DNA from: Cyanophora paradoxa CCMP329 | Lineage: Eukaryota; Plantae; Glaucophyta | Reading direction: 5' to 3' | Length of the DNA stretch: 64,000 bases | Assembly: GCA_004431415.1 (NCBI GenBank) | Contig: QPMI01000495.1 | Coordinates: forward strand, 124,001-188,000 | In this document: positions 1-11,709 of the stretch, one piece after another | How positions within the stretch are numbered: the stretch's first letter is position 1 | Layout: the number at the start of each line of letters is the position of its first letter | Notes under the pieces: generated by a model | Told to the model about the DNA's origin: nothing | Database searches by the model: none | The model's input: only the letters and a program-made list of their open reading frames with translations | Program-made: the position numbers and the translations under genes

Positions 1-1076
1 AGTGTGTGCCTACAGGAGCGACCTTATGAAGCAACGAGAGCTGGTGTGCTTGAATTTTGCACAGCCCTGAAGAGCAGCTCTCAATCGTGACACTCTTTGC
101 ATAGGAAACAACGAAGTTCATCATGGCTGCCAAGGAGGAAGATGAGGTGGACCAGTATGGCAATAAGGTGAACAAGAAGAGGGCCAGATTCCTCCGGAGG
201 CAAGCAGAAATGGCGAAAAAGGCGGAGCAGCGGGCACAGCACAACGTTGGCGATGCACACGAGGTCGAGGAAGAGGATGCATACTTACCACAAGTTGCGG
301 TCGTGATCAAGGCAGATGTCACGGGCTCCATGGAGGCGATCATCCACATGCTCTCACTCTGGCCCACTGTGAGCTTTGGTTTTGAAAGCATTGTGGTTGT
401 AGATTAACCTCAATGTGGTGCAGGACGAGGTTGAGGTCATCGTCGTCGGCAGTGGCCTTGGCGAAGTCAATGCCAGCGATCTCCAGACTGCTGCAGCTCT
501 GAAGGCTGATGTCTACGCTTTCAATGTGGGCATCAGTCCTTCCATCGCAGAGGCTGCAAGACAGGTACATTGCCAGTTTATGTAAACTGGACAGAATTGA
601 TTTCTTGTACCCAGATGGGCATTAAGTGCAAGGACTTCAACATTATTTACCGCCTTCTCGAGGACATTCGGGACAACGCTAGCGCCCTCTTGCCGGCGAA
701 GTACGAGATGGAACCCTTATCTAGAGCCGAGGTTTGCTTGACTCGAATAGCACCTGCAACACGATTCTTACATGTTCTGTAGGTTGCACAGATCTTCAAG
801 ATGAAGGTTCCTGGAGGCTACAAGGTGGTTGCAGGCTGCAAGATTGCGGAAGGGCTGTTTGCGAGAAAGAATTTGGTACAAGTTTTGAGGAATGGCAAGG
901 TCCTTCACGAGGGGAATGTCAGCACCTTGAAGCATTTCAAGGACGATGTCACAGAAGTCAAAGCTGGCCAGGAGTGTGGCATTTCGATTGATGGGTTTGA
1001 AGACATACAGGCAGGAGACGTGATAATGTCAGTGGAGAAGAAGAAGATTGACAGGAAGATCTCTGTTCCACTGTAA
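1..1076 (+). CDS. Organellar (probably mitochondrial) translation initiation factor IF-2, 3' part only; multi-exon
   Basis: Exons give VVIKADVTGSMEAI, GLGEVNASDLQTAAALKADVYAFNV, FNIIYRLLEDIR and VAGCKIAEG...STLKHFKDDVTEVKAGQECGI, which are bacterial-type IF2 C-terminal domains; stop at 1074-1076. Confidence 0.92.
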
Positions 1077-1136
1077 GATTTTCTACTGTAGACGCTCGAG
1101 CTTTGCCATAAGCTCTACTCATCTTGCCATGGCCAA

Positions 1137-1220
1137 TGCGTTCAGCGTAGACAAGTGAGCTAGCGGCTAGTTGACTGCATCTGTGACCTACGCATGTGTG
1201 GGCTATACGTAGGAAGGTAG
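1137..1220 (+). repeat. Dispersed intergenic repeat, short copy 1
   Basis: gcgttcagcgtaga...tag(g/a)aggt is shared with 7966-8170 and 9351-9556. Confidence 0.6.
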
Positions 1221-1826
1221 ACGAGAATGGAGTCCCTGTCCTGTCCTTCAGCTTCCTAGTTAGCTATAGTTCGGCAGCTAGCCTAGTAGCACTGATAATG
1301 CCGTGTTCGAATTCAAAGCCCTGTACATGTGCACAGTAAGTTGTATGCCTTAGATTTAATTTAATTTCGCTGAGTCCGAATTTTCAGGTTGGACAAGAAG
1401 GTTAACGCCGTGACTCAGTGACGTTAACCTCAGGCCGCGCGCAGTTCCGCATGCGCAGCCCGGGAGCCTGGCAGCTGAATCTTGAATAATATTCTATGAT
1501 ATTAATCAGACCGCGCCGCGTGGGGCCACGTGCACCGGTACCGCCATTCGTTGAAGTTAACATTAAATATAACTTGGCCCGTACGTGTGCACGTGCAGCA
1601 GTCCTAGTCACTGTGGCACCGGGTACCAGTTAATGTGATCCGAGTCGCCTTGTGCTAGCATACCCGGTTTTCACAGCAAAACAGGAGCTGCGGCGCCCGC
1701 GGTGCCCGAGCCGCTTCAGTTGCTCCCTGCCCCTTCAGGCTTCCCCTACGATCACATGCATGATCCGCTGATAAATGAAACCCATGCAAGTGCGATTATC
1801 CAACCACAACGTCATGGTCCATCGAC

Positions 1827-4800
1827 TCACTTGGACTCGTTCACTGCAGCAATCGGTCAAACAGGGAAACATCCAAAACAAGCCTGGCTTACGGAAATCA
1901 AAGTCGTCATCGTCCACAACCGGTGCGGCAGCAGGCGACCCCGATGGCGCAGGAACATCCTTCAAAATGTCGTCCACTGACGAGGGAAATGCATGTAAGC
2001 AGAAGGCATCACTTCAATAAGGAGCACTAACCATCGAAGTCATCTGCCTCCGCTGCTGGTTGCGCGGGCTTTACTGGTGTGGCCGCTGCCAGGGCAGCTG
2101 CTGTCACTTTAGGCGAAGGGGGAGCAGCAGCTGGCGATGTTGGTGCTGGAGCCGGAGCAGGTGTGGCGGCAGAGGGTGCAGCAGGGGTAGGGGCGGGAGC
2201 AGGGGCGGGCTTGGGGACAGGAGCGGGTTCAGGAGCCTTCACAGGAGGAGTTTCTTTGGGTGAAGGTGGAGCCTTCAGGGGGCTTGGCTCCTTATCCTCC
2301 ACGGCTGCAGGTGCGGATGCACTTGGCACAGATGGAGGGCTTGGAGGGGGCTCTGGGCGAGAGCTCAAGATGGCCTTGGCTTCGCCCAGCACATCGAGCG
2401 ACAAATCTGTTCACCAATAAGCAAGGGCATAGCGAAGCAGGCTCTTGAATGCGTACCATCAACATGCTCGGGGTATGAGGAAGCTAGAGGGAGATTCTCC
2501 CTGCGGCCCTTGAAAATAGACTCGGCTTGGAGAGCCTGTGGACACGTTAAGACCGGGCTTCACGCGCACTGACAATCTGGGAGCATATGTACCACGGTGA
2601 AGTCTGCAAACAAGTTGGGGGACGTTGCTGGGTCTGCAACGCTTGCTGCAATTCGCTCATTAATCTTCGATAGGTCCTCCTTCCAGAGCTTGACAATCCG
2701 AGAGACTTGGCTGCACACCCTAGTTAATACGACAAACGGAGCCTAGCACAGCAGAAAACATGCCTTGGTGCATATGTTCTTGCCATGAATGCAGCTTCAG
2801 GGATGCGGTTGGTCGCAATGAGCAGCTCCAGGCAGTCCTCGAGCTTCCCAAGGAGAAGGAGGGCAGCAAACGCGACGTTGTTCTTGCCTTGATCCTTTGC
2901 CAGCTTGGCGAGAGCCACCATACCTTCCGCATTGCCCGTAGACGAATGGATGAGCAGGAGGCCATTTAGGTCTTGTGCCTTCGTTAAGCACTCCTCTGCC
3001 AGAGTAAGCTGCAAACAGCATGTAAGCAGATATCGTGACAACGAAAAAAACTGAAAAACCATGCACGTTTGAAGATGCGAGGGCCAGGTCACCAAGCTGC
3101 TTCCACTTCGCCTCTGATTCAGATTCCAGAACAATGTTGTACGCAGCATCCAAGCGCCCCAGCTGAATGGCTATGTCGAACTTGAAGTCGGGATCGGTTG
3201 CGACGTGAAGCGCCTGCTCCTTGAGGCCCTGTGACTCCAGGAAGCGAGCAACTTTGTTGTACTCGGATACGGGAATTGAGGGGAGGATCTTGTCTGCAGC
3301 CTCGAAGTCCCTCCTGACGACAGCTGTCTTGTACTCCAAAACGCTCTGCAGGAGCTGGTGGCTGATAACGTTGAAGTCCTTGTCGATGAGGTACAGGCGG
3401 TTGGTAGCAGGGAGGTAGCCAAGGAGGTACATACGGCTGCAGATAGGAGTAAGCTGCAATGCCAAACAGAGGAGAAGGACAGAAGATGTGTCGAGGAAAA
3501 CTGACCGGTCAAGGTGGAACAGAGTGGTGACCTCGCCACCAACGCAATAGTTAATGCGTTGACTGGAGGTTGTGTAGAGGAAGCAGTCTCCAACCCAGCG
3601 GCCTGTGCGCACACTGAACATCGTTGGTGTCAGTGCTATGTTAAGCTGACAGCCTGGTTCACACAAACTGACATACCGATCAGAAACTTCATGGAGGAGG
3701 TCGAAGGCCGAATCGATGCCGTCATCCGGGATCTGGACGCCAGCCTCTAGCACACGGGAAACCAGCTCGCGGTCGTACTTGAGGATGTAAAAAGATGTGT
3801 CGGTGGTGATGACGACGAGCTGGCCATTATCGCTCCAGAAAACCTGCTTAGCAGCAACGTCGATGCGACGGACAAGTCGGCACTCATCCCAGTCGTAGAA
3901 ACAGATGAAGTCCTGGCCCTTCACCCCAAGCAGAGTGCCTGCAGATATGGAGATGACGAGTTACAACAAGCATGAAATAGAGGCACAGAGTAGCACACAC
4001 CCCCGCAGATGCCATCGGCTGAGAACGCCGGCTTGAAGGACTTCTTCTCCTTGAAATCTTTGAAGACTTTCACCTTCGTCGTGCTCTCGCGGACCGCGTA
4101 GCTGAAACAATCGAGTCAGCTCACTGAATCTGCTCCTAGTGGGAAAAACACGCACTCTCCCGATTCATCTGCCCAGACAAAGTCAAGTGCTTGGCCGAAG
4201 GTCTTGTTGCGGAACTGTAGAGCCGTGTAGATAATGTACTCGCCATCGCCGCAAACCACAACGAAGCGGCCGTTGGAGTTGTGCTTCATGTGCTGAGGGA
4301 AAATTTCGCAGCTGCCGAGATCCTTGCTGGGGAGCGGAAGCCGTTCGCCATCGACCAACTCAGAATCTGAAGGCTTGCTTCAGCACCAGTTCAAACCCAA
4401 ATCGACATCCGATAACAGACCTTGGACAGCCTTCAAGTTCACGGTCTGCACTTCATTGTGCTTGGCCCAGATAACCTTGCCCGTGGGATCCATACTGGCT
4501 ACTGGCTCCTCACGCCCAATCTGTGAATTCCGGTTAAAAAAGCCCACAACGTCGTGAAGGCGAGGTAACGCAAGGCAACAAACCTTGATCATAATGGAGC
4601 CCTCGTCATATCCAAGCGCGACCTTGTTCGTGCCCTTGAGCACCCCAATCGCCCAGACGCGCTCCATCGCATAATTGAGTGTGCTCTCCAACCGATAGGT
4701 GCTGGAGTGCCACACTCGAACAGTCCCGTCTTCCGAGCCCGAGAGAATAATCGGAAGATCCGGGTGGAAAGCGACTGCTGACACGTTGTGTGTGTGGCCC

Positions 4801-5885
4801 TCGAGAGTCTGCACGCAGGTCTTCGTCGTGTAATCCCACACTTTGACAAGCCTGCAAGTAGACCGGCCGGTAAGGACATGCAAAGGGCAGAAAGAAACAC
4901 AAATGCACTTGTCGTCGGCGCCGGTCACAAGGTAAGGCTTGTCGCCGCCGGCATAGTAGTCCACGCAATTCACGCCCTTGTCGTGGCCCTCGAGCGTGAA
5001 GTTGGTCTGAGACGAGCCGATGGACCAGACCTGCTCAAGCTGGTTCAGTTCACGGGTGCCGGCCTCTTCAAGCAATGCACCTTGATTGTGCGGTCCAGCG
5101 AGGCCGATGCGAACGTGTTCGGATCCTTCGGGTTGAAGGCCACCTGCATGACGTAGTGCGTGTGGCCCTCGAAGACCTGGGTGTTCGTCCAGTTCTTTTC
5201 CCAGTCCCAAAGCTTGATAAGCATATCATCCGAAGAAGAGAGGATCAGCGGCAGCGTTGGGTGCACGGCGATGCAACGGATGTAGTCCGAGTGCGCCTCG
5301 AAAGTCTGGGACGCGCTGACTCAAACATCGCTGCCGACGAGCGGCCGCGCAAAACCCCTCGAATCTATGTACCTTCACTTTCTCCATCGTGTTGTAGTTG
5401 TACACGCGGATGTACATATCGTCGGAGCCGCAGATGATCCATTGCTTCCTGCACGTCCCCGACCCTTCAGCTAAGCTCTGACTCCTTCCCGCACGCAAAC
5501 GAACCGCGGAATGAACTTCGCCGCACGGACCGGCAGCTCAGTGACCTCGAATGACTTCACGAGGGCCTGTCGGCGGGCTCAGCGGGATTGGGCGGTGCTA
5601 AATGGGACCAAGAGCTCGCCTGCGTGCTATAGTTCCAGATGTAAACATTCCCGTTGTAGAGGGCAGCCAGAAGCCACGGCTCCGTAGGGTGCACATCCAC
5701 ACACTTTACACGGTCGGATCTCGCGGATAGCTTCCGCTTGATACTGCGGAGAGGTGGCCGCGTCAGCGGGAATCGGGCGAAACTTGGACGGGGAAGGCCG
5801 ACGCTCACTCGAGGCGCAGCGGCTGCGAGAGGGACGAACGTATCAGCCGAGGGACAGCGAGAGGGGCGAAACGGGAACGCACCAT
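1827..5885 (-). CDS. COPB2: Coatomer subunit beta' (SEC27); multi-exon
   Basis: M|PLRL|[23 protein letters not shown]; WD40 repeats ([31 protein letters not shown]); [30 protein letters not shown]; [14 protein letters not shown]; Pro/Ala-rich tail. Confidence 0.96.
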
Positions 5886-6069
5886 GGCGCCTCAGTCACC
5901 GCACGACGAAAGGCGAGCAGGAGGGGTACGCGGCGTTATTGACGATCGGGGTTTCCGTAGCGTCTCCATGTGCGTGCGGCCCGAGCGAGCAGCCCGCCTG
6001 CCTCGCGCGGTGCTGTCCATCGTTCTCACTTGTTGCCGACGCGCAGCGAGGACCGGCAACGAACGCGAG

Positions 6070-6719
6070 ATGGCGGACGAAGTTATCCAGGCGAGCCGGG
6101 CCCTGCATATCCTGGCTGAGCTAGTCCGCTTATCTTCTCTCGCAGGAGGGCGAGGCGGCCCCGTCCGGCACCATGGACGTGATGACTGGTTAGCGGCGGG
6201 GATGCGATCGCGCCGGTGCCGTGGGTCCGGCGCGCTCACCTGTCCGGCAGCTCTCAAGGAGGTCCTCAAGAAGGCCATGGTTGTTGATGGCCTCAAGCGC
6301 GGCCTGCACGAGTGCGCCAAGGCGCTCGACCAGCGCAGCGCTCAGCTCTGCGTGCTCGCGGCGAACGTGAACGAGCCGGCATACACCCGCCTCGTCGAGG
6401 CCCTGTGCGCTGAGCACGGCATCAACCTCATCAAGGCGCGCACTGCCGCGCCCTGCCTCGCCCCACCCTGCCGCCTTTGCGATCATACCCGCGCGCGTCA
6501 GGTTCCCGAGAACAAGCAGCTCGGCGAGTGGGTCGGCCTTTGCAAGATCGACAAGGAGGGCAACGCCCGCAAGGTCGTTGGGTGCTCGTGCGCCGTCATC
6601 ACCAACTTCGGTGCGCAGAAATGTTTTTGGCTCCGATCGCACTTCGATTGAGCTTGCTCTCCGCAGGTGAGGAGTCGGAGGCCCGCCACGTGCTCATGGA
6701 GTACCTCAAGAAGCGCTAA
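6070..6719 (+). CDS. RPS12: 40S ribosomal protein S12 (eS12); 5 exons
   Basis: [27 protein letters not shown]...[26 protein letters not shown]; two introns need GC donors (6091, 6436). Confidence 0.97.
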
Positions 6720-7131
6720 ACAAAATCTTGCGCATGCCTTGATCGTTGCTTCTTGTTCTTGAACGGAAATCCACCCTGGTCTGCATGGGCTGTTTAGAGA
6801 GGGATTTCTAGGTGCAAGTTTATTATCAGAGCTCGAAGAGGCATTCATCACTGGGCATCGAATTCGTGATTAGACTGGATCCGGAATTTACAGCGCTAGC
6901 TGTCGAAGAGCTGCTGAAGTACTCGATCATAGTACCAGTTCTTTTGAAGCATTTCACTGCGCATATACTGCTCTTCAGCTTCAGAACAGCTCGAGCTCGC
7001 CATGCATGTGGCCACGCACGCTGTGTGACAACTCCCGCGTGCTGTACCCCAACACAGCCGGTCTTCGCGGTCTAGCTTCGTCGCTTGTGTCCGAGCGCGC
7101 GCCCAGTCGGTGCCGATCAGTTTGTGGAGCG

Positions 7132-7943
7132 ATGATCCGCAAGGGACGGTGCGCGCTAGGTCGACGGCGGCGCCGGCGCCGGTCCGCCGCAAGTGCCGAC
7201 GCGCCGGCGCAGGCTCAAGTATGATCCCAATCTGTACCAAAGAGTGGCAAACTTCATGAAGGCGGGCGTTGAAGCGCCGGCGTGGTACAAGGCCGCGGAG
7301 CGGAACCCGCCCGACGCGATCCGGCCGCGGGCGCCAAAGCCGCCGATTATCACGTTCCCTTATGATAAGCTTATCGCCGAATACCAGCGCAAGCACGCGC
7401 TCGGGTGCGCGCTCCCGGGGTTTATGGCGCTTCCTGGCTGAAGCGCAACCTGCAGGACGACGCGCCAGGAGGAGGCGTTCCGTTTCCTCGACGAGGCACC
7501 GCCCGCAAGGATGCAGCTTTTCGTCACTCGTCAGATGGAGCTCATGGAGAGTGGCCTCGGTGAGAAGGAGGCATACAGAAAGGCATGCTGCCGCGGTCCC
7601 GAGCCCGCGCGCCCTCCGTAACCGGCTGCTCAGACCGAACTGGAGTTTCTGAAGGAGGACTGGCAGCTTCAGGTCGAAGTAGAAGTCGCGTCGGGGCAGG
7701 TGCACCAGCCACGCGCCACTCCGGCAATACATTGAGAGCTCACTTTATTTTATCCAATAGAGCATGGAGTTCGGCGGCCTGCGCGGCAAGACGGCAGCGG
7801 AGCAGATTCAGGAGCAGGAGGAGCTCGCCCTTGCCAGAGGAAATCTGTCTAGAGAGGAAGTCCTGGCCCGACTCCGGAGTTTGCGCGAGGTCCGCAAGGT
7901 CGAGGTTGAGGACGATGAGGTTCCGGCAGCCCCAGCAAAGTAG
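7132..7943 (+). CDS. Mitochondrial ribosomal protein mS23 family; multi-exon
   Basis: Spliced product NLYQRVANFMKAGVEAPAWYKAAERNPP...IITFPYDKLIAEYQRKH...FVTRQMELMESGLGEKEAYRK fits the mS23 pattern (P.W...PP, I..P.D, RQ..L...G..E.EA). Confidence 0.7.
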
Positions 7944-7965
7944 ATTAATATACAGCTTTGACTTC

Positions 7966-8170
7966 GCGTTCAGCGTAGATACGCGATATGCATATGCATC
8001 TAGATCTGCATCTTGCTGCACATTGCTATAGGAAGGTGCGGTTCTCGCCGTTGCCAGTCAACGTCCGGCTGTCCCCTCCCCTCCCTTCCCTCCTCACCCG
8101 CACGGCCTAAGCCGCGCGCGTGACGGGGGCATCATCGCGCGCGTCGTCAGTGGGCTGTGGGAGTTTCTGC
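7966..8170 (+). repeat. Dispersed intergenic repeat, copy 2
   Basis: Blocks gcgttcagcgtaga, aggtgcgg..ctcgccgttgcc, cccgcac.gccta, gccgcgcgcgtg and gtgggagtt.ctgc are collinear with 9351-9556. Confidence 0.7.
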
Positions 8171-8384
8171 GTGTTCCTGGGAGTTGGGGCAGCCTCATTG
8201 AGTTCTAATCGGCCTGCGCCGTGGGCGCGAAAGGTGTCAGGTCGACGTTCACATAGATGCAGCTAGGTCACGATCAGCTCAGCAAGAATGACGCTTACAA
8301 ATGCAGCGAGCTAGCTAGCTTTCTACGTTGAACGCAAGATGTCGCCGGGCTCAAGAGTTAGCGAGCCCATCCTGAGCTGCCGTC

Positions 8385-8806
8385 CTACTTTGGAAAGTCT
8401 GCTCTCAGCATCGGATTTTGCCTGAAATGCCCTTCCTCGGTGCGCTGCCTTGCCTTCTTCTTCTCGGTGGCCCGGCAGAGCCCGTTCGTGCCGCGGAAGA
8501 TCTGCGCCGAGCGTCATGCGCTTCGAGCGCCCCGGCGCGCATGCACAGCAGACCTTGCCTCGTCGCGTGCGAGGGTCGCCACGCCCCCCAAGCTCTGCAC
8601 GGGCGTGAGGCGGAGGAGGCGATTGTGCCACGGATAGCTAGCATCGGCAAACCGATGGACTCGTACAGGGCGTCCGCGCTCTGTATCGCAGATGTCGATA
8701 GCGGCCGCATATGCAATCTCGCCGCTGACGACGACGACGCCTCGACGACGCCGAGCAAGCCCGCGCCAGCCCGCGCAAGGGAGCGCACCGCCGCAAGCGC
8801 TTGCAT
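8385..8806 (-). CDS. Small-subunit ribosomal protein bTHX (THX/PSRP4 family) with mitochondrial-type presequence; 3 exons
   Basis: Splicing gives GRGDPRTRRGK|IFRGTNGLCR, matching the THX core GxGDxRTRRGKIxRGTxG; N-terminus MQALAAVRSLARAG...RPLSTSA. Confidence 0.8.
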
Positions 8807-9350
8807 CGCACTATTTGACCGGCGTGCTGTCTTCGCCGACAGCTATTGGACAGCTATTGGAGTTTGTGTGTGTGCTCCGGTACCCCTAAAGGCCCGGTTT
8901 ATAGTCGTCCCCCCCCCACATGTAGGAGGCGGGGGAAGACTTTGCAGCTAGCTTAGGCAGGTTACCTGTGGGGCATAAGCACTGCAGCTGGTAGCTCTCC
9001 TGTTTTCAGCAGCCTTTCCACTGCAATGTGTGCATTCCAGAGGGCTGTATCTGGGGGTGGGTTGTTCCAGCACACGTGTGCTTGCTCGTCATCATTTGAC
9101 GTCAGTTTCCCCCTGCATATCCAGTGTTATTTTTGAGCTCCTTAGCCTCCTCCAGTGCTCGTTTCCGTTGTGAAATGACGCTCCGGCGTGCCCGTGATCC
9201 ACTTGCAACTTCAGTGGCCTGTTCATTCTGACTAGTACTAGAGCTAGCGCTGGCTGCAGTCGCGGCCGAGTCCGAGAGCTGTAAAAGTGCCTGCACAGCT
9301 TCGATTTCGGGGTTTGTAATATTAATTGTGACAGCTATTGGAGTTGACAC

Positions 9351-9556
9351 TGCGTTCAGCGTAGACAGAGCTAGCTAGCTGTGTACTACGCCTGTCTGGG
9401 TTACACGTAGGGAGGTGCGGCCCTCGCCGTTGCCGGCCCAGCCGTTCCCCCCCGAGACCCGTAAGGGGAGTAACGCTCCACCCCCGCACAGCCTATGGCC
9501 GCGCGCGTGTCGTGTGCAGCATCGCATCGTCGTTCTTGGGCGGTGGGAGTTCCTGC
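9351..9556 (+). repeat. Dispersed intergenic repeat, copy 3
   Basis: Collinear with 7966-8170; its 5' part also matches 1137-1220. Confidence 0.7.
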
Positions 9557-9930
9557 AGGCCCGGCGGGGCCGGGACCCGTCGGTAGCCTGCGCGCGGGGG
9601 GGCGGCGCACGCGCGGAAGGGGGTCAGATCGGAATTGAAGCGCCCTGAAATCGAAATCGAAGGCACGCACTCGGGGAAAGCGCGAAAGCGCGATCCCTCC
9701 CTGGTCGATTCTGCAGGGCGGCGGAAGCGCGCAGGGGGGGGCAGCGTTTCCGCAGCGTTTCCGCAGCCATCCTCACTGCACGCATCGCAGATGCAAGCAG
9801 ATTAGCACGCGACGCTGGGCCCGGGGCGACGCAGCCACGGAACGGACACTGTTGACTTGCTCGAGGGGTACGACAGCCCAACCGGCCAACCTTTGGAAGG
9901 CGTCTCGAATTCGACGCGCACACGTCGAAC

Positions 9931-11132
9931 ATGTCGACGGAGGCCGAACTTAACGCCATGACAGTAGTGAAGCTGAAGGAGGCGAGTGCAGCGTTTTATC
10001 GCATCGCATCCCTTAGCTGGAGTAAAGCCCGCGTATCGCATCCCTTAGCTATAGATCGAACGCGCATCCTCTCTCGCCCGTTTCCTAGCTAGAACGCGCC
10101 AGCGCGCTCGACTGACCCGATGTGTAGCATGCTTCATCTCTCGGCATCTCCCTATCCGGGAAGACGAAGAAGGCCGAAATCGTCCAAACAATCCTTGAGG
10201 TCCGTGAATTCGTACGCGTGCTTCCGCATGGCGGGGCAGCAGCCCGACCCGGCCGGCCCCAGGCCACTGCGGCGGCTGAGGAAGAGACTACCGCGGAGCC
10301 GGCCGCCGCCGAGGAGACTGCCAACGAGGCTGCAGAGGCTGCTGAAGACCCCCCTGCAGCTGAAGGCTCAGCTGAAGCAAGCCCCGCGCCCCGCGCACCG
10401 GTTGGTAAAGAGGCTGCGCATGCAGTGACGGAATCCCAGAAGGCCCAGGCGCGAGCAGGTACGAATTGATTTAGCGCGGATTTGCATGGGGCTGACAGTC
10501 CCTTCTCAAAGCTCGTTTTGGCCTCCCGCCGAGCGAAGGTATCGCTCCACTTTTCCCCCTCAGTTTCCTCCGCGTGTTTCACGTTGGGTTCCTCTGACGC
10601 TTTTCGTCAGATCAAAAGTTGAAGAGCCGCGCAGAGAGATTCGGGGTTATTGCGCCGCAAGTTGCTAAAATAGGTGGGTGCTGCTTCGAACAGCCTTTCA
10701 TTTTGTAAAAAGCGTTTGGCTTGCAGTTGATGCTGAGAAACTGCAAGCGCGTGCTGAACGATTCAAGCTCGCGACACCCCAAACGGATGTGGACCTTGAT
10801 GCAAAGAAGGCAGCACGGGCGGCCAGGCAAGTCCACACAGTCGCCCACTAAGAACTCCAGTAATGAAGTCGGCAGGTTTGGAACTGCTTCGAGTGGTGAC
10901 GATGACTCCAAGAAAGCTCAGCGTGCAGCGAGGTGAGCTTGCTTTCAACACTTCAATTCATTCGGTACTGATTTAGTTCTTCAGATTCGGTACTGGTGCC
11001 TCCGGAGCAGCAAACGTGCCGGAAGCGGAACTTCAGAAACGAAAGGAGCGGGCGGAAAGGTTCCACGCAGGTGGTATTTCTTCTGAAGAGGCAGCCAAGA
11101 AGAAGGCCCGTGCAGAGCGTTTCAATGTGTGA
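9931..11132 (+). CDS. SAP-domain ribonucleoprotein (SARNP/Tho1/MOS11-like); multi-exon
   Basis: N-terminal SAP-like LNAMTVVKLKE...LGISLSGKTKKAEIVQTIL, then repeated K..RAERFG / RAARFG motifs. Confidence 0.85.
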
Positions 11133-11391
11133 GGACAATGTCCGGGCTGTGTGGAATGTGCACTGTCGCAGTGTGCTGTGGGCCAGCCCACCAGCTAGCG
11201 GGCCAGCCCACCATCAAGCGGGCCAGCCGAGCCCTGCGTGGCCCTCATTAAGAAGGGCAGTACTGCGCCTCTCCACGGCTACTACTAGGCTAGCTAGCTA
11301 CAGATGCCCCCACAAGGGAGGTGTGGCATCACGTTTTGCCCGGCAGTCACTACCGTCCATCCGGGTTTGATTATGCACAAATTTAGAGTAG

Positions 11392-11488
11392 CAGTGCCGA
11401 GGACACGGAAGCCCAGTCATCGGAAGAGGGAGAGAGAGATGAAGAGTCGGATGCCAACCCCTCAGAATCGGAGTCGGACGAAGCAAAC
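11392..11488 (+). pseudogene. 97-bp copy of part of the last exon of the HIRIP3-like gene (source 34287-34383)
   Basis: Near-identical to 34287-34383 (2 mismatches by eye). Confidence 0.9.
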
Positions 11489-11489
11489 T

Positions 11490-11663
11490 ACGATTACGTA
11501 ACGGAATCAGAGTTGCGATTACGATCGGAATCAGAGTTGCGATTACGATCGGAATCAGCAGAGTTGCGATTACGATCGGAATCAGAGTTGCGATTACGAT
11601 CGGAATCAGAGTTGCGATTACGATCGGAATCATGATCAGAGTTGCGATTACGATCGGAATCAG
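11490..11663. repeat. Tandem repeat, 24-bp unit gagttgcgattacgatcggaatca x6
   Basis: Units start at 11510, 11534, 11561, 11585, 11609 and 11639, with two small insertions. Confidence 0.95.
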
Positions 11664-11709
11664 GGTTCGACCCCCTCTGCCACGCGGTCTTGATGCTTAT
11701 TTTGCGCAG

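Noticed and set aside
9102-9350. 82-aa minus-strand ORF
   Set aside because: It starts at a non-ATG codon, has no recognisable family and lies in a patchwork intergenic region.
11490-11663. CRISPR-like array next to a Cas12-related nuclease fragment
   Set aside because: The units are contiguous with no unique spacers, so it is a minisatellite.
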